Below are positions 1-9,850 of a stretch of DNA of 57,365 nucleotides, one piece after another; the stretch's first letter is position 1; every line of letters begins with the position of its first letter. The stretch is from positions 1-57,365 of the forward strand of contig JAXLQJ010000047.1 of assembly GCA_046331705.1 (NCBI GenBank), given 5' to 3'. The translations under genes and the position numbers were made by a program. The DNA is from a bacterium (lineage in GTDB: Bacteria; JADJOY01). The notes beneath the pieces were generated by a model. That model did no database searches. It saw nothing but the letters and a program-made list of their open reading frames with translations, and had not been told where the DNA came from.

Positions 1-1300
1 GCCACGCGTAGAGAGCGAGCCAGACCAGGCCCACCGCCCATGCCGGGCCGAGCGCCGCGATCGAGCGCAATCCGCGCTCGATCCACGGTCCGACGGCGCG
101 ACGGCACCCGACCAGCAGCGCTCCCAGCGCGATTCCCACGGCGACCAGCGCGCGCGGCCCGAGAGCCCAGCGGCGCGGCTGATCGGGGAGGTTCTTGAGG
201 AAAACCTCGACCACGTAGGCATGCACGGTCGTGGACCAGGTGAGGACGCACCACGCACCGAGCACCAGCCCCACGCCGGCGAGCCACTTCTCCCCGCGCA
301 CGCCAGGTCGAACCAGCGCGTGCACGCCCAGCGCCGAGGCGAGCGGCAGCGCCACCAGCAACGCATCGATCCGCGTCACCAGCGTGAGCACGAGCAACGC
401 CGCCGCGGCCACGGCGTACGCGCGACCGCCGCCGCGGGCGAACGCCATCGCGCTCGCGAGCGCGGCGAAGCTCAGCGCCTGATCGGGGATCTCGGAGAGA
501 TGGCTGCGCCCGAACCACGCTTCGAGAACGCACGTCCCGACGACCGCCGCGGCTCCCGCGCCCACCCACGGACCATCCAGCTCCTCGCCGGTGCGGTGAA
601 TCCAAGCCAGCGCCAGGAGCGCGAAGGCGATCGTCACGCCGAGCGCCGGCTGGACGCCGAGAAAGCCGGTGACGATCGCGATCCACAGCGACGGCACGGG
701 CATGAACTGCGGCGCCACGCGGCCCTGCTCCTGATCCTCCAGGTAGAAGCCCGCCAGGCGCGGCGGCACTCCGCGGCGGCCGGGTCGCACCGGGTGAAAG
801 AACAGGTCGCGCTGCTCCGCCGGCAGATCGCGCACCAGCGGATCGACGAAACGGATCCCGCCGTGGCGGGCGAGCCGCACGCCGGCGGCCACGTAGACGC
901 CGTTGTCGCGGCCGCCGAACACGTCCTCGAAAGGCGGCCAGAGCGTGGTCGAGCCCACGGCGGCCAGCAGGATCACCAACGCCAGATCGCGAGGACGCGG
1001 CTTCGCGAACGCCGCCGGCGCGAGGCGACGCCGGCGCGCGAACGCGATCGCCGCGGGCACCCCGGCCAGCGCGGTCAGCACGCGCACGTCGAACCAGCCG
1101 AGCTGGGCGAGCCCGAGCGCGCTCCACGAGACCCACGCCACCGACAGCCCCACGCGGTGAAGCCAAGCGGCGAGGAACGGCGGCCGATCGTCGCGGCCGA
1201 GCAAGCGGTCCAGCGCCCAGCCGGGCGCCACGAGCAGCACCGTCAGCGCGAGCGCTCCCACGACCCACGCGCCCACGGTCGGCGGATCGAGCGGCATCAT
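1..1300 (-). CDS. Multi-pass membrane protein, GT-C (ArnT/PMT-like) glycosyltransferase; partial, runs off the window
   Basis: Not in the ORF track because there is no stop in the window. ATG at 1300 gives MMPLDPPTVGAWVVGALALTVLLVAPGWALDRLLG, then many hydrophobic helices and a first-loop acidic motif PFEDVFGGRDNGVYV typical of GT-C enzymes. Confidence 0.65.
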   Translation of the reverse strand, partial: MMPLDPPTVGAWVVGALALTVLLVAPGWALDRLLGRDDRPPFLAAWLHRVGLSVAWVSWSALGLAQLGWFDVRVLTALAGVPAAIAFARRRRLAPAAFAKPRPRDLALVILLAAVGSTTLWPPFEDVFGGRDNGVYVAAGVRLARHGGIRFVDPLVRDLPAEQRDLFFHPVRPGRRGVPPRLAGFYLEDQEQGRVAPQFMPVPSLWIAIVTGFLGVQPALGVTIAFALLALAWIHRTGEELDGPWVGAGAAAVVGTCVLEAWFGRSHLSEIPDQALSFAALASAMAFARGGGRAYAVAAAALLVLTLVTRIDALLVALPLASALGVHALVRPGVRGEKWLAGVGLVLGAWCVLTWSTTVHAYVVEVFLKNLPDQPRRWALGPRALVAVGIALGALLVGCRRAVGPWIERGLRSIAALGPAWAVGLVWLALYAW

Positions 1301-1340
1301 GCGAGTGCCCACGAGCGCGTCGCTGCGCTCCGCCGCCCGT

Positions 1341-2765
1341 TCACGGGGGCGAGTTCGTCGAATAGAAACGCGAGCGGTTCGTCAGGTAGTCGGTGAGCAG
1401 GCCGATCAGCTTGGGCGGGACCTCGACCACCTGGTTGCGCGCGATCACGGACATCGGCACGGGATCGGCGCGCGAGATCATCCCCGTCGCGTACTGGACG
1501 ATGAGCTCGACGTTCCAGAGCGTGCCGAGCGCGAGCGCTCCCACCAGCGCGGGCTTCGCCCAGCGGCGCTCCGTCACCAGCCGCTCGGCCAGATACACCC
1601 AGCCCACCGCGAGCACCGGCAGCGTGGCGATGAGCCGCCGCGCGCCGAAGCTCGCCCCCGCTTCCCAGCTCGCGTACGCCGAGCTGGTCCACACCTGCAG
1701 CGCGAAGTACGCGAGCAGCGGCAGCGCCAGCCGCGGGTCGCGGCGCGCCAGCCACACGAGCCCCACCAAGCCGGGAAACGCGAGCGGCGACCACGAGAAG
1801 AACCCGTGCCAACCCGAGAAGAGCAGGCCGAAGACCGCCGGCGAGGTCCACATCAGCTTGCGGGTCGCCTCCTGATGAGGGCCGAAGGTGCCGTCGAGGA
1901 CGCGATAACAAGCGATCTGCGGCGCGAACACCACCGCAAACGCCGCCAGCGCCGCGAGACCGAGTCCCACGGTGCGCAGCGCGCCGCGCCGATCGCCCGC
2001 GCGTATCGCCGCCCCAAGCGCCAGCGCCGCGTCGATACCGGGCAGCAGCATCAGCAGCGCGTCTTGCTCGCGCACCATCGCCGTGAGGCCCGAGAGCGCG
2101 CCCAGCCCGAGCCATTGCCCGAGCGAGCGGCGCTCGCGCGTGCGTTCCCACAGCACCACCACCGCCGTGGACAGGAAGAACGAGTTCGCGTGCGACATCG
2201 GCGGCGTCACGTACACGTAGAAGAAGAGATTCGTGCCGAGCCAGAGCGCCGCCGCCACCACCGTCGCCGTGAAGCGGCGCGCGCGTCCGCGCATCCAGCC
2301 GTAGAGCAGCAGCAAGCCGACGGCGCCGTACGCCACCGACGAATAGCAGATGGCGCGCACGTACGGACGCTCGTAGCCGGTTCGCGCCGGGCTTCCCACC
2401 AGCGCCAGCCAGCCATCCACCGCCAGGTAGGCCGGCGCCCACAGCAGCGACGAGCCTGCCGGGTTCACGTTCCGCCACAGCCCCGTACGCGTGCGGGTGG
2501 TCTCCAGCCACGCCTGCCACTCGGCGTGCTTCGCCGGGTCACGGGGCGCGTAGTGCTGGTATTCGTTCAGGAAGTCGAGATCGCCGTCCTTGAGCAGCGA
2601 GCGCAAGTAGCTCGAGTACGCGACCTCGTCGCTCGCGTAGATGCGCGTCGTGACGAGCGGCAGGCTGAGCACCACGAGCGCCGCGAGCACCGCGACCTCG
2701 CGCCACGGAAAGCGCGCGCACGGGCGAGCCGGGTCGACGGGTGCGAAGGCGTCGCGAAGAGACAT
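1341..2765 (-). CDS. GT-C superfamily membrane glycosyltransferase
   Basis: Start trimmed to MSLRDAF. Motifs ASDEVAYSSYLRSLLKDGDLDFLNEY after the first helix, MSHANS, VREQD, LFSGWHGFFSWSP and SFGARRL, with about 10 hydrophobic segments. Confidence 0.7.
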   Translation of the reverse strand: MSLRDAFAPVDPARPCARFPWREVAVLAALVVLSLPLVTTRIYASDEVAYSSYLRSLLKDGDLDFLNEYQHYAPRDPAKHAEWQAWLETTRTRTGLWRNVNPAGSSLLWAPAYLAVDGWLALVGSPARTGYERPYVRAICYSSVAYGAVGLLLLYGWMRGRARRFTATVVAAALWLGTNLFFYVYVTPPMSHANSFFLSTAVVVLWERTRERRSLGQWLGLGALSGLTAMVREQDALLMLLPGIDAALALGAAIRAGDRRGALRTVGLGLAALAAFAVVFAPQIACYRVLDGTFGPHQEATRKLMWTSPAVFGLLFSGWHGFFSWSPLAFPGLVGLVWLARRDPRLALPLLAYFALQVWTSSAYASWEAGASFGARRLIATLPVLAVGWVYLAERLVTERRWAKPALVGALALGTLWNVELIVQYATGMISRADPVPMSVIARNQVVEVPPKLIGLLTDYLTNRSRFYSTNSPP

Positions 2766-2969
2766 GGTGCGATGAGCGCGGGGCGTGCGGCTGGCCGCTG
2801 ACATAGCACAGCAACGTGCTCGCTGTGCGCTCGGCGCGGCGCCGGTGGCGGCGGTGGGCGCCGCGCTCGGTCGCTCTCGCCGAGGTTTCGCAGGCGCGCG
2901 CTTCGTCGGCGCGTGCGGGTGCGAGCACGCCCGGCGTGGTGGGCTCGGCGAGCGCTCGCGACGCGGCGC

Positions 2970-3577
2970 TCGACGGCGCGTGCGCGTCCATCCGGTTCCC
3001 GAGCGAGAACCGCGGTCGCGGCGTGCTGGCGGGCCACTCGTCGGCGCGCGCCGCAAACGTCGCGCTCGACGCCGGCGCGGCCGAGGCCGGAGCGGCCGAG
3101 GCTCTCGGCGAGCGTGGTGACGGCCGTGTCCAAGCGCCGCTGCACCAGCTCGACGCGCTCGCGCCCACGCTCGCCCCTCATCGTCCGCAGCACGGCGCTC
3201 TGGGCAGCGTGCGACGACGGCAGCAACCCGGTGAGCAAGCTCGCGTGCCCCGGGAGGGTCCAGCTCGCGTTCGAGAACGCCGCGCCGTGGACGTCCGCAC
3301 GCGTGGCGAATCGCTCGAGCTCACGGCGGGTGGGCGCGCCGTCTCCGAAGCGTGACAGGTGGCGCGCGGAGAGCGTGTCCAGCGCCACGAGGATGACGTC
3401 GGGGCGGTCGCCGGCGCTCGCGACCGCAGCCGGCGACGGTGCATCCGCGCGCCGCTCCAGCGCAGCGAAGCCGGGAGCGTTCGGATGGCTGGCGACGCTC
3501 GTCAGCGCGCCCGTCTCGAGCGCGGTGCGCACGCAGCACGCCGCGGGAGTCGACGCAGCGTCCCGCTGCACGACCAT
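2970..3577 (-). pseudogene. Degenerate sulfatase-like (alkaline phosphatase superfamily) gene remnant
   Basis: RPDVILVALDTL, AFSNASWTLPGHASLLTGLLP and TTLAESL are in one frame. A decayed downstream block (ARADEWP..PRPRFSLGNRMDAHAP) is in another frame, and the C-terminal half is missing. Boundaries approximate. Confidence 0.65.
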
Positions 3578-3688
3578 CGTCGATACCCGACCAAGCCACG
3601 CGCACGACGTCCAGCTTCCGCGAGCCTTCGTCTCGCGGCCTCGGGCGGGTCACCGTCTCCGCCTCCATCGCGCGTTATTTTCGCAGGC

Positions 3689-4702
3689 ATGACATTCGTC
3701 GAGGAGATCCGGGGCCGGTTGCCCGCGCGCCGCTTCTGGCTGGGTGTGGCGGTCACGGCGGTGCTCTTCGCGTGGATGGCGCACGCGGCCGACCTCGACG
3801 ATCTGCGCGCGTTGTGGCGGAACCGCCGCGCCGCACCGCTCGCCGCGGCGGCGCTCGCGTACTCGCTGGTGCTGGTGTGTCGCGCCATCCGCTATCGCGC
3901 CACCGGCGCCGCGCTGTCCGTGGCGCGGCTCTTCGCGGTGACGTCCCTGCACGGTTTTCTCAACCGGGTGCTGCCGGCGCGCGGGGGCGAGCTCGCGTAC
4001 GGCTACCTCGTGCGGCGTCTCGGCGGGGGATCGTTCACGGGCAGCATGCTCGGGTTGGTGCAGATCCGCATCCTCGATCTGGTGGCGGTCGCGGGCATCT
4101 GCGCGCTGGCGGTGGTGAACCACGTCGGCGACATCGGCCTCGACCGCGGCGACGCGATCGCCGTCGCGCTCACCGCGCTGGTGCTCTGCAGCGCGGGTTA
4201 CCTGGCGATCGGTCCGCTCATGCGCGTGGGAATCGCGCTGCTCCGGCGCTTCGCTCCCGAGCGCGCGCGCAGCGGGCGCATCGCCACGTTTCTCGAGCAT
4301 CTGGCCGAGCTCTCGGCGTCGACCGCCGCCACGCCGCCGCGCGTGCGAATGCGCCTGATCGCCGCGTCGCTGGGGGCGTGGATCTCGATCTACCTCTGCT
4401 ACTGGTGGGTGTTGCGCGGCGTCGGCGTGGAGCTCACGCTCAGCACCGTGATCCTCGGCGCCAGCGTCGCGAACCTCGCATCGAGCCTGCCGGTGACGCT
4501 GATCGGCAGCTTCGGAACGCTCGAAAGCGCCTGGACGCTCGCCTTCATCGCCCTCGGCATCAACCGGTCCACGGCCGTGGCGAGCGCCTGGATCGTGAGC
4601 CTCGCGACCCTCGCGTTCGGGGCGTGCTACGCGGTGGTGGGCTGGGCGACGCTCACCCGGATCGAGTCGCAGCCGGACCCGGATCGATCCCGAAGCTCTT
4701 GA
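3689..4702 (+). CDS. Lysylphosphatidylglycerol-synthase TM / UPF0104 flippase-like membrane protein
   Basis: Start MTFVEEIR. Motifs RAIRY, FLNRVLPARGGEL, RILDL and LPVTLIGSFGTLE match the family; polytopic. Confidence 0.8.
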   Translation: MTFVEEIRGRLPARRFWLGVAVTAVLFAWMAHAADLDDLRALWRNRRAAPLAAAALAYSLVLVCRAIRYRATGAALSVARLFAVTSLHGFLNRVLPARGGELAYGYLVRRLGGGSFTGSMLGLVQIRILDLVAVAGICALAVVNHVGDIGLDRGDAIAVALTALVLCSAGYLAIGPLMRVGIALLRRFAPERARSGRIATFLEHLAELSASTAATPPRVRMRLIAASLGAWISIYLCYWWVLRGVGVELTLSTVILGASVANLASSLPVTLIGSFGTLESAWTLAFIALGINRSTAVASAWIVSLATLAFGACYAVVGWATLTRIESQPDPDRSRSS

Positions 4703-6035
4703 GCGCCTCCTCGACCTCGGCGACGAAGCGCCCGCCGAGACCACCCGGCAGCTCCACGGGCACTCCCAGGAACACCGCGTCGCGGATGCGCGCGCTGATC
4801 GCGCGCCGCCGCGCGACGAGCACGCGCTCGCGAACGTTGCCGAGGATCACCGAGCGCTCGACGAGCTCGGACGCGTGGGTCCGCAGGAACCGCAGCACTC
4901 CGGCGACCTCGGCGGCGTGAGTCGCGTGCTGCCGGGCATACGCACGGCCGCGCTGCCGCAGCGATTCCCGCAGCGCGGGGTTCGCGAGCACCTGGGCGGC
5001 GGCTTCCCCGCCGCCGAGCGTCGGGACCCTCGCCAGCGCGTCGAGCGGAATGTCTCCGAACGCCGCGAAATCGGCGACCGCGACCGGAATGCCCGCCGAG
5101 AGCCAGCGCGGCACCTCGATGGCGGTCCGGCCGAGGATGGGATCGCGCAGATCGACGACGCCGTCCCAATCCGGCAGATCGCCTTCGTCCGGCGGCGATC
5201 CCGCCAGCCAGCCCACCTGCGGGTCGTCTCCTACGCCCACGCCTTCGGCGCCCTGGAGCACGATCGCCGCGCCGGGGTCGGCGCGGCGCAGCGCGGCGGC
5301 CGCGGCGGCGGCCTCGTCGCGCTCGAGCGCGGAACCACCGACACGGACCAGATAGGCACGCTGGCCGGGCGCGACTGCCGCGACGCCGGCGCGCGCGAGC
5401 AGCTCCGCGCGCAGCTCCCGGCTCGCCGTCGCGGCCGCCACCCCGCGCGGCACCCAACCCACGAGGGGCGCGAGCTGGCCTTCGAGCCCGCGCACGCGTC
5501 GTTCCAGCGCCTGGGTGGGCACCAGCACCGCCGCCGCGGCCTCCAGGAAGAAGCGCAGCATGTCGAGCTCGCGAAAGAGCGCGTCGTGGCCGCCGCCCGC
5601 GGTCACGACCGGCGCGGCCAGCTCGCCCAGCGCGCCGTGCGCTTGCGCCATGCCGTCGTGGTAGTTGCGGGCGTCGCCCAGGTAGAGCGTGACGGTCTGG
5701 AAGTAGTGCTGCAGCGTCGCGTCGCGCAGCAGCACGATGGCGCCCGGTCGGTTGGATCGCTCGGCGTCGAGGCGACGGCCCACGAACTCGCACAGGTACG
5801 CGTCGTTGGCGAGGAAGTACAGGGTGTGATCGAACTCGCCGGCGAGATGGGCGTGCTCGAAACGCTGCTGGCTCTCGACGCGCAGACCCGCGGGTGGCGC
5901 GGTGGGGCGCGTGGGATCGACGCGCACGAAGACCGTGAGATCGACGTGACGCGCGAGCGCGCGGGCGAATCCGAGCGCGTCGCGGCCCTCGGGGCGATCG
6001 CCGTGGTCGACCGGTGCGAAGAGCGCGACACGCAT
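4653..6035 (-). CDS. Divergent GT-B/GT4-like glycosyltransferase
   Basis: N-terminal MRVALFAP, LYFLAND..PGAIVLLRDATLQHYF and C-terminal AGIPVAVADFAAFGDIP resemble GT4-like proteins; canonical GT4 catalytic motif is degenerate. Confidence 0.6.
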   Translation of the reverse strand: MRVALFAPVDHGDRPEGRDALGFARALARHVDLTVFVRVDPTRPTAPPAGLRVESQQRFEHAHLAGEFDHTLYFLANDAYLCEFVGRRLDAERSNRPGAIVLLRDATLQHYFQTVTLYLGDARNYHDGMAQAHGALGELAAPVVTAGGGHDALFRELDMLRFFLEAAAAVLVPTQALERRVRGLEGQLAPLVGWVPRGVAAATASRELRAELLARAGVAAVAPGQRAYLVRVGGSALERDEAAAAAAALRRADPGAAIVLQGAEGVGVGDDPQVGWLAGSPPDEGDLPDWDGVVDLRDPILGRTAIEVPRWLSAGIPVAVADFAAFGDIPLDALARVPTLGGGEAAAQVLANPALRESLRQRGRAYARQHATHAAEVAGVLRFLRTHASELVERSVILGNVRERVLVARRRAISARIRDAVFLGVPVELPGGLGGRFVAEVEEALKSFGIDPGPAATRSG

Positions 6036-6057
6036 GATCGACCCGATCCGCGCCGGC

Positions 6058-7092
6058 TCAGTCCGAGGTCAGCGCGTCGAGCACACCGTCCCACGAGATC
6101 GACGCGACGCGCGCGTACCCTTCCTCGCCGAGCGCCCGCGCGCGGCGACGATCGGCGGCGAGGGCTTCGATCGCCGCGGCGAACTCGCGCGGCTCCGGTG
6201 GGACCACCTTGCCCGAGACCTCGTCGCCGACGAACTCGAGAACGCCACCCGAGTCGGGCGCGGTGAGCACCGGCTTGCCCGACAGGAACGCCTCGAGCGT
6301 GACGTAGCCGTAGTCCTCGTCGTAGGGCGCGAAGTAGACGGCGAGCGAGCGGGCGTAAAGATCGACGATCGCATCGTCGTCGATGCGCCCCGCGAACACC
6401 ACCCGCTCACCGAGGCCGAGCTCGCCCGCGCGGCGCTCCAGGGCACCGCGCTCGGGCCCGTCGCCGGCGATGATGGCGCGCAGCGGCGGACGCACGTACG
6501 CCATCGCCTCCACCAGCAGCTCGATGCGCTTGGTGCGATCGAGCCGGCTCACGGTGAACACGAAGTCCTCGGCCTCGCCGCGGCGGGTGCGGCCGGCGAG
6601 CGGCGGCGGATGGTAGAGGCACTGCCCGTCGAAGCCGGTGGTCCTGCGCAGCCGGTCGGCGACGGTTTGCGAGATGGTGAAGATGCGGCGTGCCTCGCCG
6701 AGGCCGACGCGATCGAGCCGGTGGATCGCGTCGCGCACCACGTCGTCCATCCCCGTCCCTTCCCACGCCGAGAGCCGCGTGCCGTAGAGCTCGTAGACCT
6801 CGCGCATCTGGTGGAAGAGCCACACCACCTTGCGCGAATGGCGCACCAGGTACGACGGAAACTTGGTGGGGACGAAGAGGTCGACCGACTCGCCGTAGCT
6901 CTCCTCCACGTCGAGCAGCCGCCACAGCAGGCACATCTTCACGATCTCGGGTCGCGGCAGCATGCGCAGCGGGATGCGCAGCACGTCGGTGCGATGGCCG
7001 CGCGCCGCCAGCCTTCGCTCCAGCCCGTCCACGAGCGCCTCCGCACCGCCGCGGGTGAAGGGCGCCTGCACGGCGCCGAGCAGGATCTTCAC
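6058..7092 (-). CDS. Glycosyltransferase family 4
   Basis: GTG start overlaps the trmJ stop. VQAPFTRGGAE, SRLDRTKR and EDYGYVTLEAFLSGKPV (EX7E motif). Confidence 0.9.
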   Translation of the reverse strand: MKILLGAVQAPFTRGGAEALVDGLERRLAARGHRTDVLRIPLRMLPRPEIVKMCLLWRLLDVEESYGESVDLFVPTKFPSYLVRHSRKVVWLFHQMREVYELYGTRLSAWEGTGMDDVVRDAIHRLDRVGLGEARRIFTISQTVADRLRRTTGFDGQCLYHPPPLAGRTRRGEAEDFVFTVSRLDRTKRIELLVEAMAYVRPPLRAIIAGDGPERGALERRAGELGLGERVVFAGRIDDDAIVDLYARSLAVYFAPYDEDYGYVTLEAFLSGKPVLTAPDSGGVLEFVGDEVSGKVVPPEPREFAAAIEALAADRRRARALGEEGYARVASISWDGVLDALTSD

Positions 7093-7853
7093 GGGGCGGC
7101 CTCGGACCCGTGCGGCGCCAGATGCGATTCGATCTGCCCCACCAGGCCGTGGAGGATGCGCACCTCGCGTGGGTCGAGCTCCAGGCGCGCCAGCGCGGCG
7201 AGCAGCTTGGGACGCATGTGTCCCGGGTCCGCGTCCGCCACGAAGCCGATCCGCCCGAAGAGCGCGAGCAGGCGGCTGGCGAGATGCGCGCGCTCGTCGC
7301 GCCGCTCGCGTCCCTCGGGCACCCGGCGCACGGCTTCCGCGGCGAACGCGTGCAGCACGACGGCGACCGCGAGCGCGAGGTTGAGCGACGGGCTGCCGCC
7401 GGTCGGGATCGAGAGATACGCCCACGCCGTCGCGCATTCGTCGCGGCTCAGGCCCTGGTCTTCCGAGCCGAACACGATCGCCGCGCGCGTCTGCGGCAGT
7501 TGCTCGAGGAGCACCCGCGCCGCCGACGCCGGGGTGAGCGGGTTGGGACGGTGCCGGCCGCCGAACCGGCTCACCGCGAGCGCGAGGTCGCTGCCCTCGA
7601 GCGCCGACGCGAGATCGTCGTGCCTCTGGCACGCGTCGAGGATCGGGCGGCCCGCCATGGCCAACGTGCGCGCTTCCAGGTCGATCGGCGCGCGCGGTCG
7701 CACCAGGCGCAGGTCGCCGAAGCCGGCGCTCGCCATCGCCCGCGCCACCAGGCCGAGATTGCCCGCGTACTTGGGCTCGACGAGCACCACTCGGAAGCGG
7801 CGCAGCTCGTCCGTCAGATCACGGGTGAAGGGCGATGGAACCGCGTCTCGCAT
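7089..7853 (-). CDS. trmJ: tRNA/rRNA 2'-O-methyltransferase, TrmJ/LasT (SPOUT) family
   Basis: VVLVEPKYAGNLGLVARAM, IVFGSEDQGLS, SLNLALAV and C-terminal REVRILHG. Confidence 0.85.
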   Translation of the reverse strand: MRDAVPSPFTRDLTDELRRFRVVLVEPKYAGNLGLVARAMASAGFGDLRLVRPRAPIDLEARTLAMAGRPILDACQRHDDLASALEGSDLALAVSRFGGRHRPNPLTPASAARVLLEQLPQTRAAIVFGSEDQGLSRDECATAWAYLSIPTGGSPSLNLALAVAVVLHAFAAEAVRRVPEGRERRDERAHLASRLLALFGRIGFVADADPGHMRPKLLAALARLELDPREVRILHGLVGQIESHLAPHGSEAAP

Positions 7854-7900
7854 GGTGGAAACCGACCCACGACTCGGCGCGACCGATCGCGGGGCGCGTC

Positions 7901-8533
7901 TCAGCGCCCCGAGACGGGAACGTCCACGCGGGTGCGCGCCGGCGCATCGACACCCGCGTCCGCTGGCGCCGAGGGCGCGCTCGCGGAACCGGCCGCCGGC
8001 GTGGCGCCCGGATACTCGCGCCTCAACGCGTCGATCTCGCGCAGCGTGTCGAGGCGCTTGTCGAGATCCGTCTTGCGCGCCGTATCCGGGAAGCGCGCGA
8101 GGAAGTCCTCGATCAAGAGCTTGCGCTGCTCCGGCTCGGCGGTCTTGAGCTTGTCGAGGAGCACGCGGTATTCCTCGTTCTCCACCACGTTGCGCTCGAG
8201 CACGCGCGCACGACTGCGGTCGCGCAGCTCGCGCGCCGCCGGACCGAGCGGGCTCTCGGGGAAATCGGTGAGGAACGAATCCCACGCGGCGAACGCCGCG
8301 TCGGGAGTCTCGGTCTGCTCCAGCAGATAGGTGTCGATGAACCGGGCGTGCTCGTCGCTCTCGAGATCCTTGACCCGCGACTGAGCGCTCTCGAGCGACT
8401 TGCCGAGCTCCTCGACCTTGCTCTCGAGCGTCTCGATGCGCGCGTAGTACTCGGCTTCGCGGCACTCACCGCTGTCGATGACGCTGCAACCGCCGAGCAG
8501 CGTCACCCCGAGCAAGGCCAGTGCGAGTCGCAT
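7901..8533 (-). CDS. Hypothetical lipoprotein with coiled coil and FL..FP repeats
   Basis: Signal peptide with lipobox LLGG-C, heptad stretch IETLESKVEELGKSLES, repeated FLTDFPES / FLARFPDT. Confidence 0.7.
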   Translation of the reverse strand: MRLALALLGVTLLGGCSVIDSGECREAEYYARIETLESKVEELGKSLESAQSRVKDLESDEHARFIDTYLLEQTETPDAAFAAWDSFLTDFPESPLGPAARELRDRSRARVLERNVVENEEYRVLLDKLKTAEPEQRKLLIEDFLARFPDTARKTDLDKRLDTLREIDALRREYPGATPAAGSASAPSAPADAGVDAPARTRVDVPVSGR

Positions 8534-8557
8534 GGTCGGCCGCGCCCCGGCTGCGGC

Positions 8558-9850
8558 TCAGAGCTTGAAGACGTTCTCGCGCCGCTCGGTCACGGCGTTG
8601 CGCGTATCGAGGACGAGCGAGGCGGCGCGCGCCACGGCGTTCCAGTCGATGCTCTGGTGATCGGTGACCACGACCACCGCGTCCGCCGCCTCGATGTGGG
8701 CGGGGTCGAGTGGAACGCTGGCGAGGTCGAACGGCCCGTGGGTGATGCGCGGGACGTAGGGATCGTGGTAGCTGATCTCGGCGCCGCCTTCGCGCAGGAG
8801 CTCGAGGATGTCGAGCGCCGGCGATTCCCGGACGTCGGAAACGTTCTTCTTGTAGGCGACGCCGATCACGAGCACGCGCGAGCCGTTCAGGCATTTGCGG
8901 CGCGTGTTGAGCGCGTGCACCAGACGATTGACGACGTAACGCGGCATCGCCGCGTTGATCTCGCCGGCCAGCTCGATGAAGCGGGCGTTGTAGTTGAGCA
9001 GCTTGAGCTTCCAGGAGAGGTAATGCGGGTCGATGGGGATGCAGTGCCCGCCCAGCCCCGGTCCCGGATAGAACGGATGGAAGCCGAACGGCTTGGTGGC
9101 CGCGGCGTCGATCACCTCCCACACGTCGAGCTTGAGCCGATCGCACATGATGGCGATCTCGTTCACCAGCCCGATGTTGACCGCGCGGAACGTGTTCTCG
9201 AGGAGCTTCACCATCTCCGCGGTCTGCGTGGAGGAGACGAGCACCACGCGCTCCACGGCCTTCTCGTAGAGCGCCTTCGCGGCGAGACCGCAATTCGGCG
9301 TCACGCCACCGATGATCTTGGGCGTGTTGCGGGTGTGGAAGCGCGGGTTGCCGGGATCGACCCGTTCGGGAGAGAACGCCAGGAAGACGTCGGTGCCGAT
9401 CACCAGGCCGTCGGCCTCCAGGATCGGCCGCACCACTTCCTCGGTGGTACCCGGATACGTGGTGCTCTCGAGCGTGACGAGCTGACCGCGATGCAGCCGT
9501 CGGCGCACCGCCTCGGCGGCCTCCACGATGTAGGAGATGTCCGGGTCCTTGCTCTTGCGCAGCGGCGTGGGCACGCAGATGCTCACCGCGTCCATCGTGG
9601 CGAGCTGGTCGAAATCGGTGGTGGCCCCGAGCCGTCCGCTCTCCACCAGCGGCCGCAGCCGCTCGTCGGGCACGTCCGAGATGTAGCTCGTGCCCGCGCG
9701 GACCTGCGCGACTCGCCCGTCGTCGATGTCGAACCCGGTGACCGCGAGCCCCACGCTCGCGAACTCCACCGCGAGCGGCAGCCCGACGTAGCCGAGCCCG
9801 ATGACTCCGACGTGCGCATCGTTGCGCTGGATCTTCTCGAGCAAGGTCAC
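8558..9850 (-). CDS. Nucleotide-sugar dehydrogenase (UDP-Glc/GDP-Man/UDP-HexNAc DH family)
   Basis: GLGYVG Rossmann motif, ICVPTP, ESTTYPGTT, FSPER, KLLEN, GLGGHCIP (catalytic Cys) and DVRESP. Confidence 0.93.
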   Translation of the reverse strand: MTLLEKIQRNDAHVGVIGLGYVGLPLAVEFASVGLAVTGFDIDDGRVAQVRAGTSYISDVPDERLRPLVESGRLGATTDFDQLATMDAVSICVPTPLRKSKDPDISYIVEAAEAVRRRLHRGQLVTLESTTYPGTTEEVVRPILEADGLVIGTDVFLAFSPERVDPGNPRFHTRNTPKIIGGVTPNCGLAAKALYEKAVERVVLVSSTQTAEMVKLLENTFRAVNIGLVNEIAIMCDRLKLDVWEVIDAAATKPFGFHPFYPGPGLGGHCIPIDPHYLSWKLKLLNYNARFIELAGEINAAMPRYVVNRLVHALNTRRKCLNGSRVLVIGVAYKKNVSDVRESPALDILELLREGGAEISYHDPYVPRITHGPFDLASVPLDPAHIEAADAVVVVTDHQSIDWNAVARAASLVLDTRNAVTERRENVFKL

